Part shown: positions 54,075 to 64,000 of the stretch, one piece after another
Numbering within the stretch: the first letter of the stretch is position 1
Layout: each line of letters starts with the position of its first letter
NCBI GenBank assembly: GCA_964016885.1
Contig: OZ024740.1
Span: 226,734,001 to 226,798,000 of the forward strand
DNA length: 64,000 nt
DNA from: Eledone cirrhosa
Taxonomy: Eukaryota
Direction: 5' to 3'
The notes under the pieces: generated by a model
The model's input: the letters and a program-made list of their open reading frames with translations, nothing else
The model's database searches: none
Told to the model about the DNA's origin: nothing
Program-made: the position numbers and the translations under genes

Positions 54075-54330
54075 TCTCTCTACTATCTCAACCATTGGCC
54101 TACTCTCCTATATAACTATAATGGACCCTCCCCCTCTTTTTATAATCTGAGGAACCTGGGCAATGTCCATCGCATTTTTAGGGCTTCCTGCACTGGGTAA
54201 GTGCAGGTGATATTTGGAATAATTGGATGAGGTTGGTGCTATTAATGTAGGTCAGATATCAGAGTAAACATATCATTGCTGATGAATTTATGATGTTGTT
54301 GTAGTTTAAACAGACAAAGATGAAGTTTTA
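54075..54330 (-). pseudogene. Possible heavily decayed PLE Cys-linker/GIY-YIG fragment
   Basis: Needs several frameshifts: P-TYP-CRKP-KC--T-CP then YIGE-GQWL. Confidence 0.25.
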
Positions 54331-54349
54331 GAAGGGAGATTTAGGCAGT

Positions 54350-54535
54350 GGATTGGCAATATTGGTGGAGGGTCGGATGCCATGATTTCCAGCATAGAGT
54401 TACGTTCCTTTACGGTCTGAGTTCAAATCCCACCGAGGTTAACTTTGCCTTTCATCCTTACGGGGTTGATGAAATAAAGTATCAGTAATGCACTGGGATA
54501 ATTGCTGGCCTTGTGCCAAAAGTAGAAACAATTAT
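54350..54535 (+). mobile_element. Meta/MESC-like tRNA SINE
   Basis: gagttcaaatcccaccgaggttaactttgcctttcatccttacggggttgatg; 3' part matches 20844-20932. Confidence 0.7.
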
Positions 54536-55179
54536 TTGATACAAAGACTATATGGAAGACCATTCCCTTTCTCTTTTAAGGATTACTACATCATTCTAGC
54601 AGCTACTGTAAATTCTGAGAAATGGAAACATGTTTAAACCCTGCAAATTACTAATGAATGTGTCTTTCATCATTTCATTCTTTTATTAATTATCCTGTAA
54701 AGAGTTGGTAGGACTCTTGTCTATATGAATTGAATGGTTCCTCTTGTTTAATCTATTTCAGCAATTTTGACCTTTTATTTCCTATAATTATTTCATATAG
54801 TAAGTAGGTGGATGATCAAATGTCATAAAGCACTGGGTGGTATATAATAAGGACCTGTTTTTATATGCATACATTTATATTCACCATACATCACAAGTCT
54901 ATTTTATATATATTTACAATGCACTCTCAGGTCTCAAATAATCATCAACCACACACTTATTAATTTTTCAGATTTTTCTAACTCCCCAAGCCCCTGCTTA
55001 TTAAATTTTTCTAATCTATCTCCAACGAAATTTTATTTTAAGTGGTAGCATTCCTGTAACAAGTAATTTTCTTTACACATTAAAAAGCATTATACATGAC
55101 AAAAAAAGTACATTACTAGAAATTCCATATGTTATAAAAAAAAATAGAATGGGCTGGGGTCTCAATATGTAAACTATAC

Positions 55180-55306
55180 CACTAATTCTGGTTTTTAAAA
55201 GAATCAAGGGAGACAACCTAGAAAAATTACCGATTTCACAGCACCACCACTTATTCCAAACACCCCTCGTTTATACTAACTCCCCTATTATTTGGGACCC
55301 AAGAGT
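55180..55306 (-). mobile_element. DNA-transposon-like end (TA-flanked); second copy inverted at 61173-61287
   Basis: cccctattatttgggacccaagagTA vs TActcttgggtcccaaataatagggg, plus shared ctaggttgtctccc block. Confidence 0.55.
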
Positions 55307-56761
55307 ACTATATATTGCAAGTCCTTTCGATAAACTGCATGCGGATTTTACAGGTTATATTTTCACAGAAAAAGATACTATTTTACATGAGTATATATGA
55401 TATATTTATATGTAATTCTATATAAGGACCTACTTTTAAAGGAATTGTCCCCCACTCCTATTGATTGCCAAAGTAATCCCTCTTCCCCTTTGGCATTATT
55501 CAATAAAACACAGTTCAACTGAAGAATCTTTTGCTGAGATAATCAATCACTTGTGTGGTGTTCAATGACAAATATATAGAATTACTGTTTGTTATTCAAC
55601 ACCTTTATAGAAAAGTGTCCTCTTCCTACTACTCATGAAGATAATCTCTCTCTCCCCCTTTCTCGCTCTCACCCCCCCCCTCTCACCCCCCCCCCCCCCC
55701 GCTCACCCCCCTCTCTCTCTCTCCATTGCTATAGACATTTCCTCCCTGAAAAAAAACTGTAATGTTTATCAGTGTTTCCTTTTTATAGTGTAACATTATA
55801 CTTCGATGAGACAGAGAGAAAAATATTTAAAGAAGCAAACAAGCTTAAAGCTATTATATGGTAACAAAATAACTGAAAGATCAATTCTGGTTTATTTCTA
55901 CCTCAAAGTGCTCTAATTCAGCAAGTGAGCAACTTGTTGAAAGGTTGGGTGTAGGAGTGGCAGTGTCAGGGGTGTCAAATTGAGAGAGCTTGAGGGGTGT
56001 GATGTGATTTATTAGTGCAATATTGTTGCCAGATATATTAATTCATTAAAATATGCACCACAAGCAGCCACCTGAGATAATGCATCATTAATAAATCTAA
56101 CTTCACCTTAAGCAGTTGCTTGCATTTTCAGTGGAGCGGTATATTTGATTTCCTTAAACGCTATATTTTATGTTAAGAGCTTATTAGCAATCTCACCTGG
56201 ATGAGGAAATCATTCACAGTTGCAAAGTTCTTAATCTAATTGAGGTCAGTGCTTAAGAACACACAGAAAATATTGTAGGCAGCAAAATGCTTTGAAATTA
56301 ATAGAAGATTATCCTGTTATTCCACCGGATTTTACATTATTTATCCAACAGTTCAACAGTTTGATTTATAATCTTTCTCAGTTTAAATCATTTCACTTCA
56401 TTTCAGTTCATTAATTTCATTTTCTATGACTACATGATTTACCTTGATCTGTGTAACTGTAAAGTAGACCTGCATTCACCTCATATGTCACAGTTCACTA
56501 AGTAGCATTAGAAACATCAGCAGTCTGTAAAATACATCCATAAACGGTCTATGAAAAATATCTGAAGATTGCAGATTTTCCACCTATTCATTCACAAAGG
56601 TGCAGGCAGGGCTCTGTGGTTAAGTTTGCTTTGCAACCATATTCATCTAGATTCAGTCTCACTGCATGGCACCTTGAGCAAATGTTTTCTACCATAGCCT
56701 TGGGTTTGGGTTTATATCTTGTGTGAAACTTGGTGGATAGAAACTATGCAGATGCTCATTG

Positions 56762-56798
<37 letters not shown>

Positions 56799-56809
56799 GG
56801 GGGGGGGCA

Positions 56810-56938
56810 GGATTATACCAGTTTACACTAGTAAAACCATAATTCAGCAGAATACTCAATTCTTGGGAGGGTAGAGTGTAAATATAGTAGAGCCAGGGCC
56901 TGACAGCTGAGCTCTTGCTATTTCAAATTCCAGTCTGA
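56810..56938 (-). mobile_element. PLE-like end with the 3' half of a hammerhead
   Basis: GAAA-TAGC-aagagctca-GCTG-TC, then ACTC..TT-GAGT motif (56877-56854); 5' half cut off by (TA)n. Confidence 0.5.
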
Positions 56939-56946
56939 TATATATA

Positions 56947-57208
56947 TTCTAAAGAATTAAACAGTTCTAGTCCTGTAGAATCTCATCTATATTAAAACTA
57001 TATATATATATATATATATATAGTTTTAATATAGATGAGATTCTACAGGACTAGAACTGTTTCATTCTTTAGAAATCATCATGATGATTTCTAAAGAATG
57101 AAACAGTTCTAGTCATGTAGAATCTCATCTATATTAAAACTTTTATACTCTGCTATGTATTGAGTACCTTACTTACTGTGGTTACCTCCGATTCAACCCG
57201 GAATAACA
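56947..57208. mobile_element. Triple alternating fold-back (+/-/+) with tail
   Basis: 52-bp unit at 56947-56998 (+), 57023-57074 (-) and 57089-57140 (+); centres are (TA)n and atcatgat. Confidence 0.85.
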
Positions 57209-57879
57209 TATATATATATATATTTGTGTGTGTGTGTGTATGCACCTACATGCACATGTGTGAATGTATATGCAATTTGTTTGACAGTGTATACTGTGTA
57301 TACTGACATGGAATACTGATTTGTTCAATAAAATCTCTCGTGATATTTGTTGCACCTGAGTTGCACAGACAATAACTTGTCACTCTCTTAATCTTAACGA
57401 AAGTGAACCACTGTGCCTGTTACAAGTGATGATATATTTCACAAAAATCTATTAAAAATCATATATCATTACCATTTTTACCATTTTTATGCCTGCTTTT
57501 CCATGCTTATGTGGGTAAGATGAATCTTCTGTAAAATAGCTTCACATCATTTCTTTCTTTCCTTTGTCATATCCTTTGTGGTCTTCAGTTTCCTGTGATA
57601 AGCTTTCACCTTTTCTGTCCTAGGCCTTCCTTGGTCTTTTTCTTTTGCAGTTTTTTTTCTCTGGAATCTACTGACATTTCTTTACCTATCTGTCATCATC
57701 CATTACATGTCTGTACTAGAGCAGTCTTCTCTTTTGCATATAGTTACTGATTCCCTCTTATACCTAGTTTTCTTTTTTTTCAAGACTCTTTGCTTTGTTA
57801 TTCATGATCACTAACATTGCACAGCCATGCTTGCTGAAAATTGTTTATCTCCACAACAATAACAATCATTTGAAAATAA

Positions 57880-58100
57880 TTTTATAGCAAAAAACAAGTA
57901 GCTTTGCAGGTCCTATGAAAATCGTCATACTCATCATGGGATCCTTTTTTAGGCAATATGTTATTGCCATACAGATGCCTTTTAGTCACCATTTATAACA
58001 TGCAAGGATGCAGTGTATGTATTCTAAAATTGATTCACACCACAGTAATCTTTCTAAAGAAGGAAAAAAAAAGACTGGGTATTTTGGCAAAATTTCTTGA
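57880..58100. repeat. Dispersed ~230-bp repeat; second copy at 59285-59527
   Basis: ttttatagcaaaaaca.gtagctttgcag...aatcgtcatactcatca.gggatcc...aaagactgggtattttgg shared. Confidence 0.8.
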
Positions 58101-58556
58101 GTTCATAGACATTCCCCATTTTTTTTAATAGACTGAGTAGAAAGAAATTCTTATACTCCTCAGAACATTATTTCATGGTAACATTTCTCTGTTGCCAAAG
58201 AAATTATATAATCAGCCACAGCTGGTTCTATAAAGGAAATAAACCCTTGTAAGCTAGAAGATATAGTCAATACTCCCTCATATAAATCTTGTACCAGAAG
58301 TTGTACACAAGTCAATACAGATTTGGTATTGGTAAACAACAAGACTTTTATTCTGTTTGTTTATTCCAATGATTTCTTCACACTTTTTCAACCTGTTCTT
58401 TACCTTACATTTTTCTGTTTTGGCTAATTTTGTTACTTGTAACTAGCTTACAGCCTTTCCTACTTCTAGTTTGTTTTTGGTTCTTCTTCTTCTTCTTCTT
58501 CTTCTTCTTCTTCTTCTTCTTCTTCTTCTTCTTCTTCTTCTTCTTCTTCTTCTTCT

Positions 58557-58622
<66 letters not shown>

Positions 58623-58660
58623 TTGTTTGTAGATTTTTTCCTCTTTCTAATACATTTCTT

Positions 58661-58698
<38 letters not shown>

Positions 58699-61329
58699 TC
58701 TCTCTTTCTCTCTCGTTTATTTTTCATTTAATGCTCAAAGACAATAACAAAATGTTGAGAAATAAAAGAAAAAACGTGTTTTGGTATATATTTCTTTTTT
58801 ATTTCTCTTATTTTTATTTTCTTATTTACTCCGTTTTGGCTATGTTTTAGTGTACACTCGATCACTTGATATTTTCTTAAGGAAATGATAAAATAATATT
58901 AAGATTCTGGTAACTTGTGAACAAAACAATATATGATTCTATGTGTAATTATTATCAGTATCAAATAAACAGCAACGGTATGTGTGTCTGTATGTATATT
59001 ATAAGTATATCAGTATGGCTCTGTATATAGAAAAAGGTGTGAATGTATATATGTATGTGTGCATGTTGTGCATCAATATAGGTATGAGGCATCATTCCAT
59101 CACTATTTGGGAAACTTATAGTAAAAATGGGGTGACACCTCAGTCTCACATAACTCAATTAATTCTTTTGTATTATGTATGGAGTGGGTTTTCTCTTTTG
59201 TTTGTACATTCAAATAGGTGTAATAACATTTCTTTGTGTTTCATGGTTAACTTATTGTCAACAATAACAAGCATTTTAAAGTCATTTTATAGCAAAAACA
59301 GGTAGCTTTGCAGTCCCCACAACAATCGTCATACTCATCAAGGGATCCTTTATGAGGCAGTGTTTTATTGCCAGATTGATGCTCTTCTTAGAGACAAACT
59401 CCTTTTTGATCACATTTTACAACATCCAAGGATACAGTGTATGTATTCTAAAATGGATTCATACCACAGTAATCTTTCTATGTCAAAAGATAGAGAAAAA
59501 AAGACTGGGTATTTTGGTAAAATTTCCTGGCTTCTATCACTCACTATCTGCCAGTATGTAGTGCAAGGAGAATCCATAGTGTTAATAATTTAAAAGATAA
59601 ACAGTTAAAGCTTCATTCCATTACTGCTTGGTGAGATTGATGTAGCTGATGTACAGTTTGAACTTGTGTAGATTGGTGTCTATGAGGAAAACATAGATAT
59701 GGCAGGAGTTCCAGAGATCATGATGTGTTTAATCAATCACAATCTCAAACACATATGTGAGCACACATAAGCACATATTTATGTTATACATGCCTCATAA
59801 ACATGGATCAGAGATTTATCACATCTACTACACATATATATGTGTGTAGATGTGTTTTATAGCAGGAGACATATTTCTACATGCCTCATTTTACCTAAAT
59901 GTCAGTGAAATAAAGAATATCAGGATTTTCAAGGAATATTACCTATAAAAATTTCATAATTCTATTCAAATGGGAAATTTATATCTCATTTGTTTAATGC
60001 TTCAGAAAAATACTGAAGTTAATGAACAACCCTATGGATAGCTGTGTCAGGGCTAAATAAATAAACATTTGAAAAATACAAGGCTTCATTAAAGGCAATT
60101 CCATTTTGATATTAACTATATTTTAGCATTTTAGCAACAATATATTTAACCATTTATTGGATTTTATTTCTGGTCCATTGCATTTCATTTTGATACTTTG
60201 AATTATCACTCATCTTTCGATGCTTTTTAAAAAATTTCCTTTTTTTTTTAAAGATATTTATTCCCATTTATATGATTGCAGCCATTGATTGAACAGCTAT
60301 ATCAATTATAGAAAATATTATGTCAATTTTACACCCACCTCCATTTTTCTATCATATTATTAGCTCTTCCCAGAGTGAGTAGTAGCTATAGTAACTATCA
60401 AAATAATCCCTTTGCAGCCAGCAACAAACCAGAAACCTGTAGTTCTAACATTACCAAACAGCTTTAATACTCTTCCTTCAATAAGTTGTGTTTTATCATC
60501 TCTCTCCTTCTCTTTTTCTCTCCCTGCCTCGCCCCCCTCTCTTTCTCCCCTACCCTCCCTCTCTCCTCTCTTTTCTATCCTTTATTATACAGTCCAACAT
60601 GATGTTTTTCTCCTAGTAAGCTACTTATGGATGAAGAAACATTCTGGTTGTTTAAAAGGTATGTTAGCTGAAATAAACAAATTCATTTTGTAAATATATA
60701 TATATATATACACACATATATACATATATACCTGTGTGTGTGTGTGAAAGAGAGAGAAAGAAAGAGATTTATGTTCTTAGAGAAAAGCAAAGAACTTGTA
60801 GAATCAAGAGATTAACGTGGATTATAGTAACTGATTCTTTTTCTCTGTTGGTGAGCAATGATAGTTCATCTATAATATTTATCTTGTAACACGATAATTG
60901 TTTCGAAAGGTAATTGCTGATACTTCTAAGATGTGTTAATCTGACAAGTTGTAACCTTGCTAGTAAGGTTAATTCCTTTTTATCTTGAACAGTAGTACCA
61001 CTGTTTAAATCTTCTAATCCTACTAGAAAACATGCAACTGTTTCTACTACCATCATATTCATATTATAGTAAACGATGTATGAACATGATGGCTGAAATG
61101 TTTATACAAGCTTTGCCAATGACGAAAAATGTAGGTTGTGTTTTAGTTGGCTACATAAGTTATTGGATTAATTACTCTTGGGTCCCAAATAATAGGGGTG
61201 GCCGGAATAAGCAAGGGGGTTAGGTAATGTTTCTAGGTTGTCTCCCTTGATGTTTTTAAAAAACAGAATTAGTAGTTTAGTTTACATTACCAGTACTTAT
61301 TGTAGGTTCCATGGTGTTAAATAACTAAG

Positions 61330-61540
61330 AGTACAAGACTCCCTCCTCGACAGGGTGCTAGTGTATCACAGGGTTAAACTCATAGCTATTGCTGGTACTC
61401 ATTTTCAGCTGAGTATACTGGAGCAATGTGAAATGAAGTGTTTTTCTCAAGAACACAACACACTGCCAAGGCCAGAAATCGAATATACAGCATTATGATC
61501 ATAAGTCCAACACACTTACCACTAGACCATACACCTCCCA
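61330..61540 (-). mobile_element. Decayed CORE-like SINE (similar copies about 22580-22680, 40860-40990, 51290-51425, 62585-62688)
   Basis: cagctgagtatactggagcaatgtgaaatgaagtgtttttctcaag. Confidence 0.65.
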
Positions 61541-61669
61541 TGCTTACGTCTGTCTAAAATTTCAGTAAGCAATTATCAGTTTCAAATCTTCCATGATCCT
61601 TCCAGCTGGAACCCCAGGCTAATCTTTACCCATTGATCATCATCCATATTTCTTTTCAACATTCACATA

Positions 61670-61870
61670 TATTCTGCATTCAGTGCCCATATCTCACTAT
61701 CATACAAGATCTCACTTCAGATGTCCATACCAGTATTTCTCTTCCACACTACACTTAGTTCCCCTTAAACCCTGTTTTCTCTCAACTGCACTTCATTTTT
61801 CATACGCATTAATATTCACACATCTTCTGCATTCAGTGCCCATATCTCTAATCATGTAACATCACACTTC
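61670..61870 (-). pseudogene. RTE fragments
   Basis: LYDSEIWALNA-like motif twice (compare LHGSETWALCA in the intact ORF). Confidence 0.55.
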
Positions 61871-62410
61871 ACCACAATAATTAAATAACATATTGATTCT
61901 TACCTGTTGATGAAATAAAAATCAATTCAAAGAAACTGAATTATCTATTTTTACCTGAAAAAATTCTCTCAGCTGAAAACTGATCCTCCCCAGGGGTGAA
62001 TGTAATTTAAAGGAACTTTTTTGACATCATCATTTCCTCTCATAGAATTCCTACAGGATCAAAATTCAATTTTTTTCTTTTCTGCATCCTTATTGCATTT
62101 CCATCTTCCAATCTGAAGCAAGGGTGGGGTGGGGATATTTATGAACTGATTAGATGATCATCTGAAATTAATTAATATATAATTTGAGTGCGATGTGAAT
62201 ATGATGTGCCACATTTAATTCAATACTTAATGAACATTTTATTTATTTATGAAAGAAAAATTTTTTTGTTCATTAAAATTCCATGAGAAAGAATATTTAT
62301 TTAATTAAAGCAACTAGTTGTAAAATACTAAATGCAATAACAGTAGTAAAATCATATATATATATATACACACACACACACATATATACATACATATATA
62401 AATCTACAAT

Positions 62411-62444
<34 letters not shown>

Positions 62445-62689
62445 CGAGAATCGATCAACAAGATCCCAGACCTCATTCACTTAATGAGTGGGTTGGAGCT
62501 CATCAAATTGGACCAGGGAAACAATGTTTCCATTGGTCTTTCTAATTGCTAATACTATCTGTCAGTAGCAAATCCAGACAGAAGGAGCAATGTGAAATAA
62601 AGTGTCTTCCTCAAGAACATAACACATCGCCCGGTCAGGGAATCAAAATCACAACCTCACAATTGTGAATCCAATTCTCTAACCACTTA

Positions 62690-62842
62690 TCATCATCATC
62701 ATCATCATCATCATCGTTTAACGTCCGTGTTCCATGCTTGCATGGGTTTGGACGGGAGTTTTCCCACTTGAGGCAAGAGTGGTTGTCTTGCTCGCATAGG
62801 ACTGTCTGGCGGGTTTTCTACAGTTGGATGCCTTTCCTAACA

Positions 62843-62843
<1 letters not shown>
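62690..62843 (-). mobile_element. Truncated LINE 3' end
   Basis: Reverse complement of about 36885-37030 with a few changes. Confidence 0.85.
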
Positions 62844-62904
<61 letters not shown>

Positions 62905-63494
62905 CATACATAGAGAGAGAAAGAAAGAGAGAGAGAGAGAGAAAGATTCCTAAGTTGTGTCAGGGAGAAACCACAATTAATAAAGGTACTCAATACTCAA
63001 TACATTGGTAGAGTATTAGCATCTTTATTATATATATATATTTGTTAAGGTATGTGTTAGTTAATCACTGACACTATTGTATACAGGATAGAACACTCGA
63101 CGAAGTATACAAGTAGATATGTTTAATCCAGAGTATAAGTATTGTAATGAGGGACAAGTCAATAGGTTAAACAATATATATACATATATATATATATATA
63201 CTCTTTCATAAACACACGCGCACATGCGTGTACACACATCTTTTTAAAAAATGGCTAACTGAAAACACACAAGTTTTTCTTTAAAAAAATGTTTCTGTTT
63301 CTTTCTCTTCTCATTCTCCTCTACCATTCTATTTATTATTTTCTTTCTCATTCCATCTTCTGATGAAGGACTAGCATCTGAAACATTAACACTCTTTTCC
63401 TACTGTATGAAGCATTAAACTAATATCTTCATTGTACTGTATTGTTTGCTGCGTTGTTTTTTGTTTACTTTGCGTACACACACACATCCATATG

Positions 63495-63689
63495 TGGTTG
63501 ACGACTAAGAGAAATGAGTACTCAATACTGAAGTAGAGTTTTAATATTCATTTCATTAAGGCTAAATAGTGAGTCTTGTTACTCTGGAGATTTGCCTGTT
63601 TATCACAGGTTCATCAATGATAAACAGGTGATGACACTGTGATAAACAGGTGAAAGTCCAGAGTAACAAGACTTACTATTTAGCCTTAA
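63495..63689. mobile_element. Fold-back PLE-like end with clipped hammerhead and left tail
   Basis: Arms 63556-63616 / 63629-63689; two-arm consensus TGATGA-ACCTGT-gataa-ACAGGT-GAAA-CTC-ca-GAG-TA; ACTC-TAC-ttca-GTA-TT-GAGT on the minus strand at 63539-63520. Confidence 0.7.
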
Positions 63690-64000
63690 ACATATTTGAT
63701 CATAATCATTTGACTGTAATAGCAGTCAGCTACAATCTTTCTCCATACATTACAACTTTCAATCATCATTGTTCAAGAGTAGCAATTGAGTTAAAAGCAT
63801 TCTGGTTATGTTACCAGTTTGAGGACACCTTCCTCCCTCTTTAGCACCTGTCTTGAAAAGAGTCATAGGCACTGTATTTCCCTCCTTTCTTTCTTTCTAC
63901 TTTTTCGCTCACTTATTTCCTGTGAGGGTCATGGGGGAAGATTACTCAAACACTCCTTCTAGTGGGTCCTATCAGAAGCAACTGTCTCCAACTGATCTGG

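Noticed and set aside
60769-61062. 97-aa minus-strand ORF
   Set aside because: No recognisable motif or splice context.
55180-61287. 6-kb composite transposon bounded by the two inverted ends
   Set aside because: The TA-flanked termini face each other with the element bodies lying outside the interval, so these are two separate copies.

Overview
AT-rich, microsatellite-saturated animal DNA whose SINE/LINE repertoire suggests an octopus-like cephalopod (inference). No host protein-coding exon is recognisable. The one intact gene is a 1087-aa RTE-clade LINE ORF (33418-36681: APE endonuclease + RT) with a C4HC3 PHD finger inside the RT core, preceded by tandem 505-bp 5' monomers that run into a 200-N gap. 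The main signal missed by the ORF track is a set of short non-coding elements, most inside (TA)n tracts, that look like Penelope-like (PLE) pseudo-LTR ends. They carry type I minimal hammerhead ribozyme folds: 7 complete cores from 4 distinct sequences, plus several broken ones. Most sit in head-to-head fold-back palindromes. A conserved, covarying RCTC-stem-TW-GAGY hairpin lies 25-62 nt downstream of the predicted cleavage site, and the short arm of the fold-back usually stops just before it. The rest is CORE-like and Meta-like SINEs, RTE/R4 fragments, MITEs and 44-176 bp minisatellites. All folds and alignments were done by eye; no database search was run.
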